The position numbers were made by a program, and so were the translations under genes. From Phoronis australis (Eukaryota > Animalia > Phoronida), in NCBI GenBank assembly GCA_002633005.1, contig NMRA01000590.1:146142-181816 (forward strand): a stretch of 35,675 bases of DNA, read 5' to 3'. Below are positions 12,739-23,705 of this stretch, in pieces. Below the pieces are notes generated by a model. The model worked only from the letters and a program-made list of their open reading frames with translations. It made no database searches and was not told where the DNA came from. Within the stretch, counting starts at the first letter, position 1. Each line of letters begins with the position of its first letter.

Positions 12739-14424
12739 CTCTGAATGTTTTGAAAACGCAACTCTTTATTTACGCAGATACGTTTTCCTGCCCGTGGGCA
12801 CCGACTCGCTGAATTCACCAACCAAACATTTATTTTTGAAAATGCACTCAAAAGTGTAGTTAAAACACCGTGTTGATCATAGTCGTCAGTGCAGAAAAGC
12901 GAAATGAACAAATTTGTACACACTGCTCAAAGCACTTTTGTGGACATACGGAAACGCCAACGTCTCTGTCTTACAACTCTGCGTGTGCTTGGCATTTCTG
13001 ATCAAAGCGCTCTCATGCTGGAAACTTTATTAAGACTGAGCACCGTTTCAAAAAATTGTATTTTTTTTTAAAGCTTAGCACAGAATTATTATGCGATTTT
13101 AGGACTGAAACGGAACCAAATCTCGAGTGGTGACTCATTAGAATGTGCAAAATTCGGGGAGGGGGGTGGCTGGCAATACAAGCATGATTTTTTTATTTTC
13201 GCGCCAAACATGTAGTTACCACTTCTCATTCAGCGTCACTTACTACCTGGGGTGGCCAGATCATACATGTACGCTATCAAGATCACCAGACGCTTTGCTT
13301 CTCAAAAGTGCACCTTTGTGTATTTTCTATCATTTTTTGCCATCGCAATCGCTTTACCAAAGTTTCACGCACATATGCCACGTAGATACAAATACCTCTT
13401 CACCACGTATTCACATCTTGCCGTTCACAATTGTTTTATTTTCCATAATTTGTCAATATGTTGTTGACATTAACGTCACCGATACACTGAAAACGGAATG
13501 CGCAAGGCTACTTTGCTGTAGCCTCAACAGTGGTGATGTCACCGTCTTAGTTCGTGGAAATCGTAACCATAATATGATTTCGAAGTTAGAGCCATCGAAG
13601 TCCGTGGGTTTAGGGCATACTGGACCGTGAATTTCGCGTCTGTACTGCAAGGGTCAATACTATGAAAATAAAATCCCTGGAGTGAGAGCTTTTCGCGGTG
13701 TAAGAACTCACTCACTAATCCATCATCATGGGCGCGTGACAGGAGACCGGTGACTAACTTAAAAAAACGCAAAAAGATGCAGTTTGGCGTTACACAAACA
13801 ACTTGAAATCAACTGCGGGCGAAGACTGCTAAAATAGCTGCGTTTACAAAATGACTACAGCGTTGTATTGACCGGGAAGCAACCGATCTAATACATCTTG
13901 TTAACGTCACGAGTCAAATTAAAGATCAAATGTAAAGAAAACTTTCACGTTTTTCATCCAAAACTTGTTGCATTGTCCATAATCCAATGTTTACTATTAC
14001 CGCTTGCCTTCAACCTTCGAATTAGTGGTATTACACAACCGACGTGAACTCATGTAACCGAGACAGTAAAACTAGGTTAATTTATTTGACCCTGTGCTAA
14101 GACGAATATGCATCGACACGCAAAGTGGTATCAGCCTGACAACCTATTACGCAACTGCTACTCTAGCCTAAAAATAGCAGCCGACCAGCTGGTCGGCTGA
14201 TGGCCGGTCGGCTGAAAGGTCGGCTGAAGGGTCGGCTGGGGAGTCGCCTTATGAGTCGGCACTGCGGGCGGCTGCCGGTCGGCTAATTTTTAGCCGACCG
14301 GTCGGCCAATTAGCCGACCGGGCGGCCAAAAATTCGTGATGTGTGCTGTATACTGTATTGTTTATTGTGTCGTGTAAATTGTAAATACCCATGCTAGAGA
14401 AAATAAAAATACTTAATATGAAAA

Positions 14425-16440
14425 AAGAGTGAGTTTATTATGAATCAGCCAGTCATGGTTAATGGTTAGCTCATTGTTGAGAGAAGATTTGAGTTCTTTT
14501 GCCGATCCAGCTGTGGACATAATTGCAGTGTCATCAGCTTATAAAACTGGGACACTGTTGTGGAGGACAGTAGGGAGGTCGTTAACAAAAATAGTGAATA
14601 ATAGAGGGCCCAAAATGGAACCCTGAGTTACCCCCGTGATTACGGTTGAGTAGTCAGAAAGTGTACCAGCGTATTTGGTGGCCTGTTTACGGTCGTATAA
14701 GTAGTTTCTAAACCAAAGGAGTTCGTTATCATTAACTCCATATGACTCTAGTTTCGGCAATAGGATACCATGGTCCACAGTGTCAAAGGCTTTCTTAAGG
14801 TCAAAAAGACAGCACCAGTTAGCCTCCCCTGATCCACATTATTAAAGATAAACTCAGTAGCATGAATGTTTGTAGTAAGAGTGGAATGCAAGGGGCGGAA
14901 ACCAGACTGTGCTACCGAGAGAAGGGAATTTTGCTCCAGGAACTGGTGAAGCTGCTTTAGAACACACCTTTCAAGAATTTTGGACACTGCAGGGAGGACC
15001 GATATTGGTCTATAATTTTCGCAACTTGACTTTTCACCATCTTTAAAAACAGGAGTAACAACTGCCATCTTCCATTCTCTAGGAATTGTGGCCGTTTTTA
15101 AACTTTGAATGTCTTGGAACTTAAATGATATTCCCTCTTGTGTCTTGGGCGGGAGATCAATAGTTGACATACTGAAATTCTCAGCAAGTTTTTGGCCAAT
15201 GCCAGTAAAAAGGTCATTAAATGCATTTGCTATTTTCTTATTGTCCGAAACAAAATCGTTTCCAATTCTAAATTAATCTGCGACAGACTTAGACTTGTTA
15301 GGTAAAATTGATTTTATGATTTTCCAGACAGTTTTCTCGTTAGATTTGTTTTCATTAATAACTTGGTCGTAATGCCCATCCTTAGTCCGTTTAAGAGCAT
15401 TGTTTACCTTATTCCTAGCTTTCTTAAAGATACCCCAGTCAGATGAATTTCGAGTACGCTGAGCTATTCGCTCCAGGTAATCTCTCTTGCGAGAGAGAGC
15501 TATGAGGTTATCATTATACCACTCGGGTGATTTGCCCTTTAATTTCAATTGGATTACGGGGACATGATTATTAATTACTTTAATGAACCTTTGCTTGAAA
15601 ATCGTCCAAGCGGCATCGGGGTCAACAGCGGTGGTAACGGCACCCCAATCAATCGCCTGTAGATCACTGAAAAAGTCTTCGTTATCGAAGGTGTGATGAG
15701 AACGCTTGGTAATGATCCTTTCGGAAACCTAGGGCGACAAGTCTTATACGCTGTGAATACAAGATTATGATCACTAACCCCAATGGGTATAATATCAAAT
15801 GTAAAAACTTTGTCAACGTTTGATACAAGAATAAGATCAAGGCATGTGGAAGTTTTGTCGGTAAGCCTTTTGGGCACGTTAATAATATTCTTCATACCCA
15901 ACTCTCGTTCCTATGCCCTACTCTTACCTACTGTCTTCTTAAACAATGCATCATAATTAAAATCACCAGAAACAATAAAATCTTTGCTAGTGTGAGCTTG
16001 ATTATGAACAATATTTTTTAAATGATCGGTCAATTTTTCTGTGTATTCTGCGTTTGCAGAGGGTGGTGTGTAGACTGAACCAATAATCAAATTCTTCGAT
16101 TTAGGAATATCAATCTCAATCTCAACCCAGAACGACTCCACCTGTTCGTCATGGTGCTGGATCTGACGGCTAGCTAGTCCTTCTTTCGTGTACATGGCAA
16201 CACCACCACCTTTCCTGTTACGGTCGTTCCTATTCAATTCAAAGCTGTCGATGGTGATCTCAGAATCATCGATGATAGAATAGAGTCGTGTTTCATTCAA
16301 GCAAATAATAAAGATGGGTTCTTGACTCCTAATAAAACGCAGATCATCAATTCGGTCAGTTAGCGACACTATATTACGGTGTCCAATACGGAGACCTTTG
16401 GTGTATTTTAAATCAGATAGAATATCGGGACCATGGTCAC
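14425..16440 (-). pseudogene. CR1/L2-group ORF2, N-terminal part (APE endonuclease and RT palm), multiple frameshifts and stops
   Basis: ORFs 15911-16510, 15575-15901, 15273-15548, 14748-15170 and 14539-14778. The catalytic YADD reads TAA-GCT-GAT-GAC. The frame LNNELTINHDWLIHNKLTLN joins the 2704-3418 part once the insertion is removed. Confidence 0.9.
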
Positions 16441-17001
16441 TCAGGATACTAGAAGTGACACATATTCGTGCGTCGGGCACAGGTATGGCACTACTCGATG
16501 GAGCAAGCACTCAGGGGCTACAAGTAGGCTGATTTTTCTCAGCTCATTTTGAAGTGCTTCGAAGAGTTGCAGAAACGGAGATTTGATGAAGGTTTCTTCA
16601 AGATGAAAGCGCACTTGATGGAGAAAAAGTGTATTGTGTTGTACCATTGCTAGGAGCGTAGTTGCCAGGCATATACTGAATTCGAACCTCAGCATAAAAA
16701 TTGTGAGATAATGAATGTGATTACAATAAGTTTCCATCAGTTAATTTTTGTTCAAGCCATTTCCATGTCGTTACCGTCTGAGTGACAAGACTAATCGCAA
16801 AAATGTAGGTCAATACTGTGACGTGTAAGCAAAGAACGCGAACCTCACGTTCTCTTTCGCGTTTAACGTGTTGTCGAAGCACTCTACCAAGTGCAGCGAC
16901 ACATGTACCGAGAACAACAAATATACACGTACATGTAGATACAGCAGTTTATAACTATAGTGAAAATGGACAGATGCCGCTAGTGCATACACTGTACTCA
17001 C

Positions 17002-17168
17002 AGTCAGCCCACAGTCGCCATAAGAAAAGTTCAATGTACCGACGCCCCCAATGACGGCTGCCTCGCACGCACTGATTCCAGCTTTGCCTTTGACATGCAT
17101 TTTCGTTATCGCACTGTCAGCCCCTGTTATAGCTAGCTCTGACCCATTTTTTGCACAAGTGAATGAAC
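17002..17168 (-). CDS. Internal exon of a candidate host gene, ZP-N (zona pellucida/cuticlin)-like domain, first half
   Basis: TTTTACAG acceptor and GTGAGT donor. Open frame SFTCAKNGSELAITGADSAITKMHVKGKAGISACEAAVIGGVGTLNFSYGDCGLT, with Cys spacing and xxVKG....C and ..CG motifs like invertebrate ZP-N. May be a pseudogene. Confidence 0.6.
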
Positions 17169-17867
17169 CTGTAAAACGAACAACGTGTGACACCGTAATA
17201 TGTCATGGATGATAAAGTCAAAAAGGCTTTAACACTCTCATTTATGTCAATATCAACTGAATATCAACGCAGCTCATAATTTCTCGACACTTATCGTTTG
17301 TTTCCTGACTTAGTAATGTTTCTAAAAATACACCTGCTTTCTCACTATGCCATTTTTATTACTCGTTTTTTAATGCTTTACAAAGGTCACCAGAATCTTT
17401 CTCATATAATTTTGCATGGGCACACAGGGTAGAAAGCTTGTGAAGCCAGTATCCCTCAATGCATTGTAAGTGTATTAGGGCGTGTCCAACCCCTGTGATA
17501 AATTACTTGGTTAATTGCGTTCTCATGGTCTTGGCCACCCTTCAAGAGTGGAGCATTGTTCATGCAATGGTGTCTAATTTTTCACTATAATTAGCATGTT
17601 CGGAAATTCCTGTGCAGAACCCACACAGTTGGCTATTATATGTTTTGTATTTTTGTATTTTGAAATTACGTTATAACTGTGTTAGCTGTGTCAATTGATT
17701 ATACTGTTTTTTCGTTGTTTGTAATGGACGAGACATTATCAGCATCGAAACATGGTTCACGTGGTTGAATGTCGAATTGTTTGCGGTTCTAAAACGAAAA
17801 GAGATTTACATGTACAGTAGCTCATAGCAAGTCTTAGCTCAGTGTCTTCATGGTTTTACAATCATAC

Positions 17868-17928
17868 CATTCACGAATGAAAGGACATTCTCTGCGAGAA
17901 AAGTAAGTGGTATGATAGTGGTTTTCGT
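17868..17928 (-). CDS. Candidate signal-peptide exon of the same gene (ACG where ATG is expected)
   Basis: Reads (T)KTTIIPLTFLAENVLSFVN-G then a GTATGA donor in phase 1, which matches the phase-1 acceptor at 17168. Confidence 0.45.
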
Positions 17929-18507
17929 CTGGTAAACTGACAGCTAGTCTTCCATTACTCAAGACCATGCTCTCTTTAACAACTCAACATGTATAGCCTA
18001 ATATTAAGCAACACGAGCTGCTAGATGCCATCAAGCCGGCAAACATCACTTATGTTGATTACCGAATATTTTGGGACCAATTTGATGACAGTATATGGAG
18101 TACAAAAAGTTTGTTTCTGTCACGGAAAGTGTGTTTGTGGTTGCTTTAAGTCCAACAAGTAGGCTTACCTTGCACAAAATTCACCCCAAGTGTCGTTATG
18201 GACCGAGGGACCACAAGATCACTCCACTAACGAGATGAGATCAAAAATATGCCACCGGCGTGCCGTTTTTTGGTGCCACGCGGACATTTTCCCTTTGAAA
18301 ATTGAGCTTGCCACCTACAGCTCCCCAAAACCCAAGCATCCAGTAGTGGGAACAAGACGTTTTAGTAACAACTTTTCAATCACCCGCCTGTGACACACAA
18401 TGCCTCCCATTCAATTGGCACATCTGTAATCGCACATGTCTCAAGGCCTACTTTAAAACCTTTCTTGAGTGGTTGCACCTGTAAATGTGGATCTTACAGT
18501 ATATTAA

Positions 18508-19409
18508 GAGGGTGTATACACTGGTCAAAACTCAAGGATCCTATCTAGAATAATAAAAAAGGTTCTTCCTAGTTAGACTCTGAAAGTGACAAAAATCTTA
18601 AACAAATGTTTATGGTATTCCTTTTATTAAGTATTGCATTTTTAATACTCAGAAAATCCGATTTTGCCTCGATTTTTTTCAAAACGCATAGGCATTACTA
18701 CCAGCCGTTTTCTTAAGCAAAATTCTACTTATACATACTGAATATATGCACAAATTTATTATCATCTTGTGAGTTTTTGCGCCTGAGTTGTAGCAAGCAC
18801 GCAACCTTCTGTCATTCTGTCACTTTCAGTCCAACCCTTCAGCTTATATTCGGCTGATGAGCTACTGGCTCACCGACGCACCTTCGACCAGACTTTGTCC
18901 CAACTGGCTGAGTTAAACGATGGTAGCCGCCTGCTCGAACTTATGGACATGCTGGTAAAAGTCACAGCAAGAGCCGTGTGTTGATAAATCAGATGCTGAC
19001 AGGCACCGTCATCCATGGAGTTCTGCGCCTTATGAGATGGTCTGGGGCGATTAATGCACCAGAATACGCCAAATGATCCTGTGCGTGACAGGTATTACAG
19101 GTACTACAGTTATTTCCGTCCTATTTGTAAAAACGTAGTCCATGTTTTAAAAAACCCAGGTACGCATTTATACTTCAGTTATATTTGATTTCAAAATTGC
19201 AAATTTCCTAAAAATTGACCTACGCGTTGTGGAAAAACAGGCCCGAGAATCTTGTCACCACCCTGAAATCACGAGCCGAGAAAAAAGGCTTTGAACTTAA
19301 GTGGGTATCGATTGGTTCATTAGGACAACATTTGTACATCAAGAATTAAGGATAAGGTTAATATAAAAATGTAAAAAACACTCAACATTATTTTTTGTAT
19401 CCACCTGCC
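18508..19409. mobile_element. TTAA-targeting non-autonomous DNA transposon (Kolobok-like)
   Basis: TTAA at 18504-18507 and 19410-19413. Imperfect TIR GAGGGTGTATACA versus reverse-complement GGCAGGTGGATACA. Purine-purine termini fit Kolobok better than piggyBac. Confidence 0.6.
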
Positions 19410-20939
19410 TTAAGAGCACCGCTTTGAGCCCACCAGGGCTATAAATTGTCAAAAGTAACGAACTGTTAGGCGTATTAGTTTGCTTTTGTCTATTTCACCG
19501 CGAGAATCACATTTTAATAGTCCTTTTGCGAGGTTATAACAATAACTTAGACTTGACTGTGACGTCACCGGAAGTGGAGCAAACGCTTGTCGTTTGGCCA
19601 TTTGCCCGATACGGTAGCAGAGTGTATTCTGTTGTTTACTTCGAGTTTTTAATCATTTAGTGTGAAAAATGCCAAACAAGTATTGCTGTTATCGCAAATG
19701 AAATTTAGATTCGGACTACAATACAAATGTACGTTCCAGCCCGTAAAAATACATTCTACTGTACACCTAAAATTATCACCTAAAAGGCGTTTACTTTCTT
19801 CAGTGATCCTTTCTGCTTCTCAACATATCTTCGATGAAGCCTTGCTACATGACATCAGGTGAATTTGGCGAACAATTCCAACTTTACTGTTTGATTGCTG
19901 TTAACTTTGACCGCGGTCGCGATAACCACAAAGTATTTCAATTGAATCAGGTGAGTATGAGGCAAAGGCTAGCCCGAGACTGAGCGAAGCGCGTGACCTG
20001 GCGCGTGACGCACACTAGCACGGGAAATATCAGTGAAATTCGTAAGATTTGTGTCTCTTGGACTTTTTGTTCGTAAACAGGCGTTATTTGACCTAATTTC
20101 CTCGAAATGGCGCCTGATGAGAGAAACTCGAGCGAACCGCGAGGTTTTCGTCGACAGGATAAAGTTATTTTTAGACTAAATTGTATCCAGAGTCAGGGTA
20201 TTTGCCAATTACAACTTCATGTGCACATATGCATGTTTCAATTGATTTTATTTGTTGTATTTTGAAATGAGTAACTTTTTATAGTGATATACTATCGCCC
20301 CTGTATGCCTGCGGCATTCAGACCCAGACCGGGTCCAGTTTCAATTTCTGTCTGTTCACAGCTTCGCACAACACAACAAGTCCACATTTTCTTCGTCCAT
20401 CCACAGTTATTCCACGATCCACCTACCATCGCTTTAATCGTGTTAACGTTCAATGCGTAAAATTCACCATAAGAACTCCAGTAAGAATTCGCGTGTGTAG
20501 CAAAGACTCGGAGCAATACAAGAACAATATGGCGGGTTTTGCCCTCCTTCCGATGACGTCACATTGACTAACTAGAAACTCGCGAAGTGAGCTGCGAATC
20601 ACCACTGAACGCAATGGTGATCTACTCAGACCCCTATTCAATGCTACTGTTATCGGCCTTTTATTGTTCGCGCAGGAATCTTGCGGTGACGCAACATAGC
20701 GCAAAAAGGCAGCTTCAGCATCATTGACGGGCCTACATATGCGTGATTAAACTCGCGTTTTCTAATAATGTTTCAATCACGCATATGAAAAGGCTTTTCT
20801 AGGGCTACCAGGTTAGCCAAATACATCTAAAATAACAAAATTCCGTTGAAGTTAGGCCTTAAAAGACTCCAGAATTTCATTATTTCACCTCTGAGCTCAA
20901 CATAGCTTATATGCTTTATTTGGTAACTTCGAATTATTA

Positions 20940-21185
20940 CCGGGATTTTCTGTAGATAAGTCCATGGGCGTGTATTTGGAAAATGAAAATTTTCAGGCGT
21001 TTTATTAAAACCGAATAAACGCCCGGGCGGAAAAGGGGGGCGTGAGTGAGCTTTTAAGAGGAAGTTTTCCTAGTATACGCCCGTACTATCTGGACACTTG
21101 ACAGCAGAAATTCTAACACCAAATTAACGCCCATTGGCGTATATTTAGCATAATTTTCCGAATAAACGCCCATGGACGTTTCATC
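20940..21185. mobile_element. Palindromic MITE relic (pogo/Tc1-derived type)
   Basis: Inverted repeat CCATGGGCGTGTATTTGGAAAAT (20962-20984) / ATTTTCCGAATAAACGCCCATGG (21153-21175), several internal TAAACGCCC/GGCGTTTA motifs, begins TA|CCG. Right terminus degraded. Confidence 0.55.
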
Positions 21186-23345
21186 GGGTGTGCTTGTTGT
21201 ACAAATTGCATGATTACTAGACGGAAGTTTAACAGAAAAAGCTTTGTTTACAACAAGCCCTATTCCTGCGTAAATAAAATTACTAGTGAAGTGATACCGA
21301 GTGGGATGCGTGTATGAGCGAAATCGACCGGGACTCCACAAAAGTTTCCTTGAGAGCCCACTGCTGGTTACCATTCCATACTCAGAAGCCCTCGGTCTCT
21401 TCTCAGAGTTGGACTGAGTGGAGGCCTCGAACACGTTTTTTCCCAAGTTATCACTGGATGTTTAATACACAATGATATTATTTAATAGCCCATATACTGT
21501 ATTTCGTGCCGATAGCAACTTGTCTTCCAGGGCATATCAGCCTCCAGATCGACTTGAACCTCATGTCATATATGTTAGAACCGAAAGTTACTGCATAATA
21601 ATTCGCCTACGTGTAAACATATCGAACTTCACGTTGTCGCTATGTTGACTAGATCGCAGTCATGTCTGAAACGTTCTCGCCGCGACCTGAAACTTATTGA
21701 GCCTGGTCTAAAGTGGTGACGAGATGTCACTACTTTCGAGCCCAAAGTTGATTTCTAAACTGATAAAGGAATAAATTAAAACCATGAATATATTGGCTAT
21801 TGGCCTAAATCAGAGTTGTCCTTTTATAGAAAGCAGGGATTTGATGCCGCTTTAACGTGTAATATTTGATAAATCGAATACATTTTGTGAAACTCCCTGA
21901 CTCAGTTGCTGATGCTGTACAAGTGCCGTGACTGTGCTCAAAGTTTGTGGAGCAAGGTAGTCAACGAAATAAGGGATAATGGTGTCGTCAGCAGGCCGTT
22001 TGAGAAGGTTTGATCTGTGTTGGTGACGGAGTCAGGGATTGAATCAAAGTTAATTTGGTTTGCCAATGAACCAGAGAAATACCAATAGTTCCAAACAAGA
22101 ATTCTGAATGCACGTGGAATTTTAAGGACCAGAATTGGAAATTAACTAATTTTGTCAAGGCCGGTATCTTGGCTAAGCCAAGGTACATGACGTCATACTT
22201 TTGCTCGCAGAGATAGGTTGATCTACATCCAGTAAGGTTATCTCGTACTTACAGTGGCTCGCAGTTATTTTTTGCAAATACTTCAGGTGCATTGGTCCCT
22301 AGGTCTTGTGTTTGGTCCCAGGGATTGGAGTTCGACCCTCGTGTTGGAACCCTTATGTTTGAAAATTTTTTGGGACGTGAGTGGAAAATAGAGTCTCGGG
22401 TCTGTGCATTGGTAATGTGTGTTGGATGTTAGTTGGTATCAGGTGGAATTTTTTCAAGACCATGGGTAATGATGCTATCAAATCGTTGGGTAATCTCTCT
22501 CTATCAGTCGTGCGACTGAGTGCGGGGCAGGGTTTCAAACTGACACAATCGGGGAGAAAGATATTTCTACATCAGCCCCTAGTCTCGTAGCCAGGCACCA
22601 TTATCATTGGATTTTGGTGAACAACTCTGACTTCTTGTTCGTTATTGGCAACGAAGGATGTGAAGCGCATAACACACTGGTGCGCTATTAGGCACATGGA
22701 CTTCTGAGCCGAACTGCGCTAATATGCGAAACATACATGTAGGCGCATGCGCCAATGGGCAAACCAATTGCCGGATGAAAGAGGCATTATTACGGATATA
22801 GGCCTGTTAGTCTATAGACTCGGCAATGCGGTATACAAGCATGGACCCATGCTTAAAGGGAACCGAGTAAAGATAAAGGAGTGGTTCAAGTGCTGTCTAG
22901 AGAAATAATACACAGAGTTTATGAAATCCCCTCCAGTTTATTGGCCAAAGGTTATGATACTATGTCTGAGAATTATTCGATTAAAATGTAGAGTGAAAGA
23001 TGGTAGACCAGAGCAGAAAGTGATTCATAAGTTTGTTGTAAACTTTGCTAAACAATCTCGCCCCAAGTACTAGTGGGGGGCGGTGATTTTTGGAACGCAG
23101 CAAAAATACATTGCGTACAGTTGGCGTTTGTGGTCGTGTAGTGGATGGTGGAGGGAGTGTCCCCAACTCCCAGCACCCAATATGGAGAAGTGGTTTTGTG
23201 ATACATGTACGTGGTAAAATCCTAGAAGCCCCTTGTTTAAGTCACATGAAGTGCGTTTATAGCGTTTTAAAGAGAGGACCTTGCTAAAAAGCAAGACTTC
23301 TCGAGATTACACGAGCTTGCCGTGCACTTTACAATAGAGCACGTG

Positions 23346-23483
23346 AGGTCCTAGCGTACATATAGGTCCTGGCGTACATAAAGGTCCTGGCGTACATATA
23401 GGTCCTGGCGTACATATAGGTCCTAGCGTACACGTAGGTCCTGGCGTACATATAGGTAATGGCGTACATGTAGGTCTTAGCGT
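23346..23483. repeat. 18-bp tandem repeat AGGTCCTGGCGTACATAT, ~7.7 copies
   Basis: Units start at 23346, 23364, 23382, 23400, 23418, 23436, 23454 and 23472. Confidence 0.95.
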
Positions 23484-23705
23484 TACTGAATGCACGACCG
23501 ATGCTGGCCAACCGACAATTGTGTAGAATTCAGTAACGCTAAAAAACAAAACTTCGCGAGATTCCATGAGATACTGCCATGTATTTTAAATAAGAACAAG
23601 TAATTTGGGCTAGATTTTAGCGAGGTCTTAACGTAGGTCCTAGAGTTGCTGAACGCTAACCACCTCTTGATTTAGCCCATCGATAGTTATAAATTAAGTC
23701 TCAGA

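Larger units (their letters stand above)
9290..14348 (-). mobile_element. IS630/Tc1/mariner-type DNA transposon, 5059 bp, non-autonomous
   Basis: 35-bp TIR CAGCACACATCACGAATTTTTGGCCG(A/C)CCGGTCGG with one mismatch. TA TSD at 9288-9289 and 14349-14350. Subterminal CCGAC/GTCGG arrays at both ends and a transposase relic inside. Confidence 0.9.
3419..14424 (+). mobile_element. Full-length L1/Tx1-clade LINE (decayed), itself interrupted at 9290-14348
   Basis: 14-bp TSD AAGAGTGAGTTTAT at 3405-3418 and 14425-14438, with TT|AA at the nick site. Contains a 5' UTR with GATGGCGG (3453-3460), ORF1, ~1-kb spacer, ORF2, AATAAA at 14402-14407 and a short A tail. Confidence 0.93.
2399..16440 (-). mobile_element. 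CR1/L2-group (Crack/Daphne-like) LINE, decayed, interrupted by the L1/Tx1 insertion
   Basis: APE endonuclease motifs (KGLRIGHRNIVSL, CLNET, GDFN, CLDLI, SDH) at ~15750-16400. RT motifs (NYRPISVLP, QSGFR, GVTQGSILGPLLF, [Y>stop]ADDT) at 14521-15100. C-terminus (KYLGL, DYCLPVW, GLAPAYL, GKRSF) at 2704-3418. AATA-rich tail at 2399-2420. 5' limit uncertain (up to ~16780). Confidence 0.9.

Noticed and set aside
16441-16780. Minus-strand FYAEVRIQY... segment as the next ZP exon
   Set aside because: It has in-frame stops, no fourth Cys and no good acceptor next to it, and could equally be 5' sequence of the CR1/L2 element.
18169-18300. Strong minus-strand donor (AG|GTAAGC) as the first exon of the ZP-like gene
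   Set aside because: The phase-compatible frame has a stop 19 codons upstream and is not signal-peptide-like. The 17868-17928 exon fits better.
22285-22350. tRNA or tRNA-derived SINE head (GGAGTTCGACCCTC, B-box-like)
   Set aside because: No cloverleaf, weak A box, and no tail or TSD identified.
22580-22595. Academ-like terminus TAGTCTCGTAGCCAG
   Set aside because: I found no matching opposite end, so no element can be delimited.
23307-23567. Repetitive ORFs (CTPGPI)n and (YMYART)n
   Set aside because: They are open only because the 18-bp repeat lacks stops. No splice or codon evidence.
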